NCBI GenBank assembly: GCA_026936335.1
Contig: JAPMXV010000037.1
Location: 124,001 to 188,000 of the forward strand
DNA from: Mantamonas sphyraenae STR306
Lineage: Eukaryota > Protista > CRuMs
DNA: 64,000 bases
Direction of reading: 5' to 3'
Part shown: positions 22,356 through 32,295 of the stretch, in pieces
Numbering within the stretch: the stretch's first letter is position 1
Layout of the letters: each line of letters begins with the position of its first letter
The notes under the pieces: model-generated
Databases searched by the model: none
What the model was told of the DNA's origin: nothing
The model's input: the letters and a program-made list of their open reading frames with translations, nothing else
Program-made: the position numbers and the translations under genes

Positions 22356-23099
22356 TCATTGAAGAACACAGGCGCGGCTGTTATTGGAGCCGTTCTTGGA
22401 GTTGGATGTCGAGGTTGTTGGGCGGTCGTCCAAGAGGCGTTGCTTTTCGCTGCGTTGCTCCTCTTCGAGCTGCACCTGCACGCGGATGTCCTCTTCGTAT
22501 AGGTGCAGGTTCTCGCGGAGCGTCTTGGAGTATTCGATGGCGGCATAACTTATCCTTGCGTTCATCTCGCCGACCTTGGTGTGACGTTGGAAAGGGCGGA
22601 ACGGCTCCAGCAAGTTGGCGTACTTGACGAAACGGGCCTCTTGCTCGCTATCCACGAGCACAGTGAGGGCGTCGCCGTCCGCTGAGCCACTGCTGTCCTC
22701 GTTGTCTTGCGCGTCTGCGGGGGTGTCTGTGGAAGCGTTGGCCGCAGCGAGGATGCGGACGTATTGGGAGCCTTTGCGTCTGCGGTAAACCTTTGCGATT
22801 TCCTGCAGCTTCTTTGTGTCTGCGGTGCCAATCTGGGTGATGGCTGTGTCGACATCGTCGCGCCAGGACTCCAGGTCGTCCAGAGTGTCCTTGGTTTCGT
22901 TGATAAGCGCCTCCAGCTTGGAGATCTGGTCCTCCAGGGCCTGCCTCAACGGCTCGGGAAGCTCTTGCGAGCCCTGCACCAGGTGGTGTTCCACATACTG
23001 GGCATTCACCTGCATTTCCTGAATGGCATCGAGCACAGTGCGGCTGATGTGCCACAACTGAAAGGTGTGCGCAGCCGCAGCCACCACAGCCTCGCTCAT
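22356..23099 (-). CDS. hypothetical helical/coiled-coil protein with C-terminal CaaX (CVLQ)
   Basis: 247-aa ORF from MSEAVV with heptad-like helices, ending in ACVLQ*. Confidence 0.65.
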   Translation of the reverse strand: MSEAVVAAAAHTFQLWHISRTVLDAIQEMQVNAQYVEHHLVQGSQELPEPLRQALEDQISKLEALINETKDTLDDLESWRDDVDTAITQIGTADTKKLQEIAKVYRRRKGSQYVRILAAANASTDTPADAQDNEDSSGSADGDALTVLVDSEQEARFVKYANLLEPFRPFQRHTKVGEMNARISYAAIEYSKTLRENLHLYEEDIRVQVQLEEEQRSEKQRLLDDRPTTSTSNSKNGSNNSRACVLQ

Positions 23100-23122
23100 T
23101 GCCTTGCTTTGTGTTTGTTGCG

Positions 23123-25314
23123 ATGCTGCGGTGTCGTCTTCCTCGCCAGGACGTCTCGCGCCTGGGACTGCATCCGTGCGAGTACCTGCACCGATGGGCG
23201 TGTGTGACGGTGAACCGCGAGGATGGCAACGACGATGCCCTTGAGCAGACGCAGGTACGCTTTGTGTGCCGATTGAGCAGCAGTGCGGATCAACAGCTTC
23301 ACGTTTCGGGAGCACATGCACTGCAAGACAGCCACCATGTGCCACAAGCACCTGTGCTGCATTCCTTGGAGCTGATTGACACACATGGCCTCCGTGTGGT
23401 CGACAGCATGCAGCTGCAGGTGGATTGCAAGCCGTCGCGAGCCCTTCGCCTGCGCCTGGCCTCTGCCCTGCGTGGGATGCCTGTGTGTGCAGAAAGCAGG
23501 CTGATGGTGACGCACAACGAACGACGTGTGTCTGTGCGTGTGTGTGTGGACGTCCAACAGGGTACGTCTGCGCACAACGGCGTACGCTTCTGCAATTGGA
23601 GCAAGTGTCAGATGCCCTGGCTGGCAGCAGTAGCAGCAGCAGTGGCAGCAGCAGCAGCAGCAGCAGCACTGCTGCTGCCGATGTGCCAGACGTGCCCAAG
23701 GTGGCGGGTCTGCAACAGACGCTGGAGGCGTTGGATGAGCTTGTGTCGCTTCCGCTGCAGCGGGCCAACTTGTTCGCGGAGCTGGGCACGAGGGCTCCAG
23801 CGGGTGTGCTGCTGTATGGACCGCCGGGTGTGGGAAAGACCTTGCTTGTGCGCGCTGTGGCTGCACGTCAGCAGGTGCCGTTGTATGTGCTGGACGGCTC
23901 GCAGCTGTATTCGAGTGTGCTGGGTGCCACAGAGGAAGCGCTGCGGGAGGCGTTTGCAGCGGCACAGGCGGCCGCATCCGAGGCTGTGTCGGGCACAGCC
24001 ATCCTATTTATTGACGAACTGGACGTGTTGTGTCCGCCACGCGACTCGAGCTCACAGGTGGAAGCACGTGTGGTGGCACAGCTGCTGACGCTTCTCGACG
24101 GGGCACACACGTCGGCCAACAAACGCAATCTACTGTTGCTGGGTGCCAGCAACCACGTCAATGCCATCGACACGGCTCTGAGGCGACCCGGGCGCTTCGA
24201 TCGAGAGGTGGAGATTCCTGTGCCCGATGCAAAGGCTCGCGAGGAGATTCTTGCGCTGTACACAGCGCAACTGCGATTAGCGGAGGATGTCGATCTGGCA
24301 TCGTTGGCCACAATGACTGCAGGATACGTTGGGGCCGACTTGCACATGTTGTGCAGGCATGTGGCGTTGCAAAGTATCCGTCACAGCCGTCCCGAGATTG
24401 CACAGGCGGATTTCGTGCAGCAGGTGGAGCTGATGCAACCGTCGACTCGACGTGGATGGGCACTGGAGCGCAGCTCGACGACGTGGCAGGATCTCGGTGG
24501 GGTGGAGGGCATTCGCAAGCAACTGGAGCAAATCGAATGGCCGATCACGCACAAGGAGGCATGCGAGCGGATGGGGATCGAGGCACCCGCCGGTGTGTTG
24601 CTTTACGGTCCACCAGGCTGTGCCAAGACGACCATGGTGCGAGCGGTGGCCAACCGCACGGGCTTTGCGTTTGTGTCTCTGAGTGGCGCGGCCGTGTACT
24701 CATCCTTCGTGGGCGAGGCTGAACGTGCGCTGCGCAGCGTGTTTGCACGTGCTCGGCTGGCAGCTCCCAGCATCCTATTCCTGGACGAAGTGGATGCACT
24801 GGTGGGCAAACGTGCAATGGGAGGAAGTGGCAGCTCAGGCGGAGGTGATGACGTGGTCAAAGAACGCATGCTGTCGACCCTGTTGAACGAAATGGATGGA
24901 ATCGAGGCATCGAAGCAGGTGCTGGTGGTAGGGGCGACCAACCGGCCGGACATGTTGGACGCAGCGTTGATCCGACCGGGCCGCTTTGACCAGCTCATCT
25001 ACGTGGGTGCGCCGGACACAGAAGCGCGCTCGGCTATCCTACAAGTGCATGCACGCAAGGTGCCCGTGGAGGACAATGTGAGCTGGGAGGAGGTTGCACA
25101 GCGCACAGAGGGTTTCTCGGGCGCGGATCTGGAAAACCTGTTGCGCGAGGCTGCACTGCTTGCCGTGACACAGGCTTTGGAAGAGAAGGGAGACAGCGGC
25201 CACGCAGATTCTGTGTGTGTGGGACAGGTGCATGTGGACGAGTGTCTGGCCAAGATGCAGGGAAGTCTGGCGGGCGTGGACATGCGAGTGTTTCGCGAGT
25301 TTGCCAGCAGGTGA
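23123..25314 (+). CDS. SPATA5L1: AFG2/SPATA5L1-type double AAA+ ATPase (apparent frameshift at ~23560)
   Basis: D1: GPPGVGKT, LFIDELD, ALRRPGRFDREV. D2: GPPGCAKTT, FLDEVD, LLNEMDG, ATNRPDMLDAALIRPGRFD. The N-domain (MLRCRLPRQD..) is in the 23099 frame, so the start is inferred. Confidence 0.85.
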
Positions 25315-25356
25315 GAAAGGATCAGACAATGCAAATGGGCTCTGTGGATCGCTTCT

Positions 25357-26490
25357 TTAGTAGTCGATGAGGCCCTGAGTGTCCTCATCAAACTCTTCGA
25401 CACCCTGGAGGCTGGGAATGGTCGTGACAAGGGTTCCCTTGGCCGGGCTCATGACACAGCTGTAGATGTTAATGCTGTTGAGGATGGGCGCGGTGTTGAT
25501 GATGTTCCACATGGCCCCCTGGTCCATGGACACGGTGGATTCGACGAGAGAGCGGCCGAGTTCGCGTCGTTCGATGCTGCTGCAGATGTTGTAGCTGTAA
25601 TCGGTCTTCCAGTGGTCCATGTTTGTCTGCACGACGTCGCCGTCGTTCTCCATGTACCAAGGCTGCTCAACCTCTGTGCGGAGGCGTGTGAGGAGGGCAC
25701 CCTCGTTCTCGTTGACGCCGGCAAGCGTCAGGTAGACGGGGGCCATCAACTCGCTGGCGCTCAAGGAGCCCAGGGCCTGAGTGTAGGTTTCGTCGTCTTC
25801 CAGGACACAGCGCACGAGGAAGCCAACAGGCCAGGCGGACGTGAGACCCTTCTTGATGGTTTCGAGAGGCGAGGTGCCCGCGTTGCGGAAGTTGACGCTG
25901 ACGCTGAAACCGTTGGGTTTGACGCCTGTGAGGATGCCCACGTAGCCCGCCCAGGTGGTGGCCAGAAAGACGGTTTCACCATTGCGTTGAAAGTCGACCT
26001 CGATGGTCATGCGGCGCAGGGCATCGAGTTCCCAGTCCATGGTGCGGCCGTGGACAGGGTGGCCGTCCTTGTCGTTGGTGACAATGCTGGTACAGGCGGC
26101 AAACGCCTCGTAGGACAGCTGAAGCAACACGAGTTTGCCCAGTGGCAGATCGCATCCCTCGGCAATGGCCTTGAGCTCGTCGCCATAGGCCACAAGACCC
26201 GACTTGGCAGCCATCTTCATCAACCCGCTGGCCAAACTCTCCACCACCGAGCCCATGGTGTCGCCAAAGATGAGCTTGAGGGTGTCGCTGAGATCCTCAA
26301 AGATGGGCTCGTGGAAGTCCTTGTAAATTTCCATGATTTCGGTCCAGCGTTCTTCGGGTGGGGCGTCGAGATCGACCACAAAGCGGGGCACCTGGGACGA
26401 TTGCTCGGGTTCTGTGGCCACGCTGTCTTCGGTGGACACGACGTCCACCACAGAGAGATCTGTGGACGAATCTTCGCTGATGTTGCTCAT
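25357..26490 (-). CDS. acid ceramidase / NAAA-like Ntn-hydrolase
   Basis: VDLDAPPEERW, the A|CTSIV autocleavage nucleophile, HGRTMDW, GYVGILTGVKPNGFSVSVN and VQTNMDHW. Confidence 0.92.
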   Translation of the reverse strand: MSNISEDSSTDLSVVDVVSTEDSVATEPEQSSQVPRFVVDLDAPPEERWTEIMEIYKDFHEPIFEDLSDTLKLIFGDTMGSVVESLASGLMKMAAKSGLVAYGDELKAIAEGCDLPLGKLVLLQLSYEAFAACTSIVTNDKDGHPVHGRTMDWELDALRRMTIEVDFQRNGETVFLATTWAGYVGILTGVKPNGFSVSVNFRNAGTSPLETIKKGLTSAWPVGFLVRCVLEDDETYTQALGSLSASELMAPVYLTLAGVNENEGALLTRLRTEVEQPWYMENDGDVVQTNMDHWKTDYSYNICSSIERRELGRSLVESTVSMDQGAMWNIINTAPILNSINIYSCVMSPAKGTLVTTIPSLQGVEEFDEDTQGLIDY

Positions 26491-26576
26491 AGGGGAGGAG
26501 TGGGGATGGGGAGTTTGGTTGTGTTGGCCGAGATGGCGTTTGCGGTGGCGGAGGCAGAAGAAGAGCGAATTCGCTG

Positions 26577-28249
26577 ATGTGGTCATCACCCAAATACGAG
26601 CAATCAAAGCTGTAGGTGGAAGAAGGGAGAGGGAGGAGGGATGGGGATAGGCATGTGGGTGGATGTGCACGTCGCAGAAGAGGGGGGGCTGACGCAGCGA
26701 GGTACGTGGTTTTGCAGCAAGACGAATCTGCAGCTGGCAACTCACCGAATGACGTTGCTGGCCAACAAGAAGACGCAGGCCATCAAGCGACAGCGCAAGG
26801 ACATTGCTAGCCTGCTGGACAACGGCAAGGAAGAGTTGGCAAAGATCAGGGTAGGTTCTGCACACAGGGAAAGCAGGCGGTGGGTGGTGGGTGGTGTGAA
26901 AGCAAGGGGCGGTGGGAAGAAACTGACGGGTTCCCTCGGTGGGCTCAACGGACGACGACGTGGCACGGCACACTGACACACACGCGCACACAACAGGTGG
27001 AAAACATCATCCGAGAAGACTTTCTCATCGAGGCATACGAGATCCTGCAGCTGTACTGCGAGCTGCTGGGCCTGCGTCTACAGGTGATCAAAGAGTCGAG
27101 GTGGGTTGCATGGGAGGCCTGGGTCACAGCGACGCGTGTGTGAGAGAGAGTGGGTCGTGGAAGTGATGCTACGGAGCTCATAGACACTGACAGCCCCGTG
27201 CGTGGGTGGAACAGCTCTGTGCCGTCGGACCTGGAGGAGGCCATTCACACGGTGATCTGGGCGGCGTCGAGGTGCGAGGTCAAGGAGATGCTTGTGGTGC
27301 GCAACCAGCTGCTGCTCAAGTTTGAGGACAAAAAGGACAAGGAAAAGACATGGAGCAAGTCTGTGGTGGAGGGAGCGGACGGGGTCAACAGCAAGATTTA
27401 CAGCAAACTGAGCTCGACCCCTCCAGACCCGTACCTTGTGGCCTCGTACCTGAACCAGATTGCCAAAGAACACGGCGTTGACATTGAGATTGAGCTGGAG
27501 CCCGAGGAGGAGGAAGAAAAGGCAGGGGCGTCGTCGACGTCGAGCACAAGCAACAGCGAGCCCGAAGCAGCGTCGGAAGACCTGGAGGCTGAGCTGGAGG
27601 CACTGTCGCGACTGAGCAAGGGCAAAAAGAGCAGTGGGAAGCAGCAGGAGGAGGAACACGGGGTGCATTTCTTTGCCATGGACGACGAGGAGGGAAGGAG
27701 GGGCAGCAGCAGCAGCAGCGGGGAGTGGGCATCCAGCAACAGGGACAGCAACAGGGACAGCAGCAGCAGCAAGTGCAAGGAGGGTACAACTACGGCAACG
27801 GGATGGGGATGCAGAACGGCAACGGGCAGTACGTCCAGCAAGGGTATCCTGTGCAGCAGCAGGGCTACCCCATGCAGCAACAAGGCTACCAACAGTACCA
27901 ACTGTACACACAGGGTCAGCAGGGCCAGCAGGGCCAGCAGGGCCAGCAGGGCCAGCAGGAGGAAGAGCAGCAACCGCTAAAGACACAATATGTGCAACAG
28001 AAGCCGCGCAAACAGAAGCAGGATCGACAGAACCAGCAGCAACAGCAACAGCAGCAGCAGCAGCAACAACAGCAAGCGGAGGATGACGACCTGTTTGGGG
28101 ATGTGGGGTCGAGCGGAGCGTCGGAAGATCCGTTCAACGAGCCGGAAAACAGCAAAGAGAGCCAGGGCAGCCAGGATTCGATTCCAAACTACGACGATTT
28201 GTCGGCCCGGTTTGATGCGTTGAAGCGACGATCGACGTACGGGCGATGA
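26577..28249 (+). CDS. IST1: IST1 (ESCRT-III-like regulator of Vps4), 3 introns, apparent frameshift at ~27702
   Basis: Spliced MWSSPKYEQSKL|KTNLQLATHRM..KDIASLL..AKIR|VENIIREDFLIEAYEILQLYCELL..LEEAIHTVIWAA. The C-terminal MIT-interacting motif is YDDLSARFDALKRR. Confidence 0.92.
27916..27958 (+). repeat. coding 9-bp tandem repeat (CAGCAGGGC)n encoding QQG in IST1
   Basis: Seen directly. Confidence 0.8.
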
Positions 28250-28338
28250 GGGACACAATTGAAAGGCCAAACCACCGACACCCTCTCCTTTTTGTTTTCA
28301 CACGTGCAGTGCTTTCCCTTCCACAACACAGCACAAGC

Positions 28339-29952
28339 ATGGAACGACACGGTCTGTTGGGTGGGAATCGCCGACGGTCCGAAGATGCAGAAGGTGGTGG
28401 GATGCGAGGACTGCTGCGCTCGAAGCCGAGGCGACAAAAGGGTGCCAAGGAGGTGCTGAAGGAGTACGACGGCATGGAGGTGACGGAAGAACAGCTACAG
28501 GAGTGGATGCAGCCCGAGCCGAGCGCACGCAAGGCACCGCGCTCGGCTGGCGGGTACACAACGGTGTCGACGTCGTCGTCCGGCGTTGGCAACGGCCGAC
28601 CTTCAACCAGCATCAACGTGCAGGAGAACGACTGGGAGCAGGACGTGCTGGTCAGCGCAGCGTACGGAGGTCAAAACACAAGCAGGGAAACCAAGTGCAA
28701 ATACGCTCTGTATGTGAGGGAGAGGCGCGCGAGGCGGCGCGGAGGGAAGGCGGCGGATTGGCATTTCAGAGGACTTCCCACCACACACACTCACACTCAC
28801 ACACACGCAACGGGCACGAAATCACGCAATTGCAATGGGATACACAGGGCGTCCATCATGGTCTGTATATACATTGTGCTGCTGGTGTCTGTGATTGCAG
28901 TGCTGGCAGGAAACCGAGCAGGGGTTCTGGACGACTACAAAGTGGACGCGAAGGAACTGGCGGCGCCGGAATGGTGGAGCCAGGCCCTGAACCGGAGCGG
29001 GATTGCGTCGATGCAGGCGGCGCAGATGAGTGCCACCAAGGCAGATGGGTCGGAGGCTGTATGGCTGTTTGGAGCGACTTTGCGCAAGGACGGCCTTGAG
29101 CTGCAGAATGTGGCACTGGTGATGCAGCTGGAGACACGCAACCATACCGTCAAGGCGGCAGAGTTTATTGGCAACGAACAGGGCAGTCCCACACAGGTGA
29201 TTGCGAGCTCGGTGACGGAGAGCAAGGAGGCAATGTCGGTGACGCCGACGTCGGTGTTTGCAGACACGTCGTACACAAACACGTATGTGTACTGGGAAGT
29301 GTCTGGGTCGTCGGTGACAGCACACGGCCTGGGTCGCGTGGCCCTGGCCAGCAACCGCAGCGCAATGCAGGTGCAACGCTTGTTTGGGGACTTTTCGCAA
29401 CCGCGCCTCACGCCATGCTGGGTGATGGCAGACAAGGCACGCACAGACCTGTTTGGCTTGTTTTCAGTCAAGCAGGCCGATTCCGGCCACTATTCCGTGT
29501 TTATTGGGCGGCTGGACGCTGCCAACATCGCCAACAACCAGGATCCGTACCTGTTCTGGGACGGCAGTCACAACAGCAACGCAGATTCGTTTCGCGTGCC
29601 CTTCCACGACGCCTCGTCCATAGCCAGCAGCGTAGGACCGCACGTCTCGGTGCATTGGAATGTCTTTCTCAACGCGTACGTCATGCTTTACGCCGGCAGC
29701 ACAGGCCAGCGTGCCTCGCAGCTGTTCCTGCGCACAGCCACTGACCTTCGAGGCCCCTACTCCAACGAGTACATGGTGTACCAGCACCCGTCCACTGGAG
29801 CGGTGTTGACAAGCCCCAACTGGCTGTTGCCACTGACGCAGACCCAGGGCCAGACAATGACCATTTCCGCTCAAGTGGCAGGTACGCCGGCTTCTGCCCT
29901 GCCTGTGCTGCTGCGCATGTCCTTCAACCCGGTTCTGGAGAAGATCATTTGA
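28339..29952 (+). CDS. type II membrane protein with luminal DUF4185-like (beta-propeller) domain; intron 28710-28847
   Basis: Cytosolic N-terminus and a single TM (IMVCIYIVLLVSVIAVLAG). Luminal domain has WLFGAT, YLFWDG, SVHWNVFLNAYVMLY and LRTATDLRGPYS, which recall the DUF4185 C-terminus. Confidence 0.6.
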   Translation: MERHGLLGGNRRRSEDAEGGGMRGLLRSKPRRQKGAKEVLKEYDGMEVTEEQLQEWMQPEPSARKAPRSAGGYTTVSTSSSGVGNGRPSTSINVQENDWEQDVLVSAAYGGQNTSRETKCKYALYVRERRARRRGGKAADWHFRGLPTTHTHTHTHATGTKSRNCNGIHRASIMVCIYIVLLVSVIAVLAGNRAGVLDDYKVDAKELAAPEWWSQALNRSGIASMQAAQMSATKADGSEAVWLFGATLRKDGLELQNVALVMQLETRNHTVKAAEFIGNEQGSPTQVIASSVTESKEAMSVTPTSVFADTSYTNTYVYWEVSGSSVTAHGLGRVALASNRSAMQVQRLFGDFSQPRLTPCWVMADKARTDLFGLFSVKQADSGHYSVFIGRLDAANIANNQDPYLFWDGSHNSNADSFRVPFHDASSIASSVGPHVSVHWNVFLNAYVMLYAGSTGQRASQLFLRTATDLRGPYSNEYMVYQHPSTGAVLTSPNWLLPLTQTQGQTMTISAQVAGTPASALPVLLRMSFNPVLEKII

Positions 29953-29981
29953 AGAAAATGTACATCCGTTCATCGTTCTCG

Positions 29982-31012
29982 TCACATGGTCTGTTCACGC
30001 ACACTGATCACCTTTGCCAGCTCATATACGCCTACCATGAGTGCTCCTGTGGGTGCCATGTTTGCGATACGCGCTGTGGCGCCGCGCATGAGGGCAGCGG
30101 GACCTTCGTTGTGGACAATTGAAACGAGATCACGGAAGAAGCCGTCGCCTTGACGGCCTACCTGGATGCGTGTCTTGACCACGTCCAGGGGATTGGTCAC
30201 CACCGCTGTTATCCCCCCCGTGATCGAACCACACACAGCCTGCAGAACAAGGGGCGGGTTTCGGCGGGATTCCTGCGAGATTTCCTCGACGAGCGTCAGT
30301 CATTTCGTCACGTCGCACGGTCTCTTGGACAACTCTGCACACACACGCACACACATACCGGATCGTTGAGCACTGTGTTGAGTACAGCGTAGCGCACGAC
30401 GCCGTAGGTGCCCCACCAGAGCGCAGAGGTGGGCGCGTACGTGGCCACGGCGGCAAAGTAGCCTCGATAGAGGCCGCGCACTCCTTCCTTGCGCACAATC
30501 TGGCGCAGGCCGTCGAGGCTTCCCTTGTAGAAAAATCCCAGTTGTTGCTTAGCCTCGACGCGTGACAGGGTGCCCTGCGCCTGTACGCGCTGCGTGACAA
30601 CGTCGACAGGGCAGCTAAAGAGTTGCGAAGCAAAGGACGCCATGCCGCCTCCCACGGCGCTCTGTACAAACACGGGTGCGTCCAAGCGGGAGAGTTGGAG
30701 CCTGATCTGCTCCAGGGTGGTGATGTAGATCATCTGGCCTGGCAGCAGGCCCACACTTTGCATTGAGAACCCTCGCCACAGGCCACGGACTCCCTCATTG
30801 CGCACCAGCGTCTTTACCGTGCTTGACAACGATGGTGCTGTGCCCATGAACCGTGTGGATAGCTGCATACGTGTCTTGACCACCTGTGCGGGGTACACGG
30901 CGCCCCGTGCCAGGATCAGCAAGCCCCCCGAGTACCCGTAGAATTTTCCCAGGTCCAGCTGGTCATACTTGATGTCCCGTACGAACTGCCCCTCTTCAGC
31001 TGATCCCTGCAT
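29982..31012 (-). CDS. mitochondrial carrier, SLC25A44-like, 1 intron
   Basis: Three carrier signatures (PAQVVKTRMQ, PVDVVTQRVQ, PLDVVKTRIQ). N-terminal IKYDQLDLGKFY and YAPTSALWW are typical of SLC25A44. Confidence 0.88.
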
Positions 31013-31196
31013 CGTCTCCAAGGGAAGGGGAATTGGAACAGAATTTTGTTGTTTCGAGTCGGGGGGGCCAGTGCTGCCTCTGCACATCAAAGCACATCAA
31101 AGCACATCCCACACATACGCACGCACTCTAACCTCCCATGGTTCCCTTGGTTCCCCTTGGACGCCTTGGACGTCATGATGTGAGTGGACGAATCTA

Positions 31197-32198
31197 TTAC
31201 GTTGCTTGCGTTTCAAGCTTCCAGACGACGGGACCGTCGCCTCCGAGCCAGAATTGGATGCGCAGCTCCATAACAATACTCATGCGTGTGTTTCGATACC
31301 TGCTGACGACCCACTCGTGCACAGGAACGGAAAAACGCCAGCTTTCGATGTCTCGCACAACCCTGCCGACGCGGCCGACCTGAAGTTCCTTGGCTTCTCG
31401 CATGACCATGCTGGAACCATCGACATCAAACACGTGCTCGCGTTGCCATACGCTGACGACACATTGGTCAACGTCAGCGTCGTCGGCAAATTCCACGACG
31501 CCGCTGCCTCCGCTGCCGCCGTCCATAATGACCATGGCCACCACTGCGTCTCCGTTCTTCACTCTGTACACACCCTTTTTCCATCGCTGCGTGTGGTCCA
31601 ACGCACGCACGTAGTCCACAGGTCTGCGCGGTGGCTCGCGTTCCACCGAATACACACGGAACGCCTTGCTTGAGCCGTTGATGAGACGAGGAACACGTGC
31701 ACGCACGCGCACCTGGATAGGTACGGCAAAGAGCAGTGTTGTGTCACCTACGCGTACCTGCATCTGCAGCACGGAGCGCACCGAGATCTGCTTGCCCCGG
31801 ACCGTGGGCCACACCCCCTTGGGCACCACAAAGAGCTGGCAGGCTTGTTCCCGAGCGCCTGCGTCTTCAAACACCACCACCTCGGGACTTCGGTACACCG
31901 TCTGTTTGTTGCACGTGCACACAAGCCCCAGGCTTGCACGCACCTCTCCACGTGCGTCCTTGCCAGCCACACGACCCACCACACGCCGCAGATGGCTCTG
32001 TCGCCGAACAGCCACCACACCTCCCGCCCACAAAAGGTCGTGCCAATTCCTCTGCAGGCCCTTTTCCAGCAGTTCGTCTGCAAAGCGTTCTAGCAACGCG
32101 CTCTGCGACGTATACCGTTCCCATTCCACCGTGTACATCAGCACTTCGCCACACACCACTACGGGTGTGTGGATGTGCACGCCCATTTCGAAAAACAT
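31197..32198 (-). CDS. arrestin-fold protein, possibly a divergent RGP1 (Ric1-Rgp1 Rab6 GEF subunit)
   Basis: 333-aa beta-rich ORF with VVVCGEVL, VP..VWPTVRGK..SV...L, CVVSVWQRE and FSVPV..MSIVMELRIQF patterns. Similarity is weak and judged by eye. Confidence 0.45.
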   Translation of the reverse strand: MFFEMGVHIHTPVVVCGEVLMYTVEWERYTSQSALLERFADELLEKGLQRNWHDLLWAGGVVAVRRQSHLRRVVGRVAGKDARGEVRASLGLVCTCNKQTVYRSPEVVVFEDAGAREQACQLFVVPKGVWPTVRGKQISVRSVLQMQVRVGDTTLLFAVPIQVRVRARVPRLINGSSKAFRVYSVEREPPRRPVDYVRALDHTQRWKKGVYRVKNGDAVVAMVIMDGGSGGSGVVEFADDADVDQCVVSVWQREHVFDVDGSSMVMREAKELQVGRVGRVVRDIESWRFSVPVHEWVVSRYRNTRMSIVMELRIQFWLGGDGPVVWKLETQAT

Positions 32199-32295
32199 GG
32201 CCGCAAGGGGACGGGCAGCGCACTTTTGGGAGCGCTGGCGCGTCTGCGCACACGCTCCCAAAACTACCACTCCACATCGACATCTGCCCCTTGCA

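Noticed and set aside
4742-28249. VPS37 and IST1 as an ESCRT gene cluster (likewise ELOC and ERCC8 as a cullin-ligase cluster)
   Set aside because: They are more than 20 kb apart with many unrelated genes between, which is compatible with chance.
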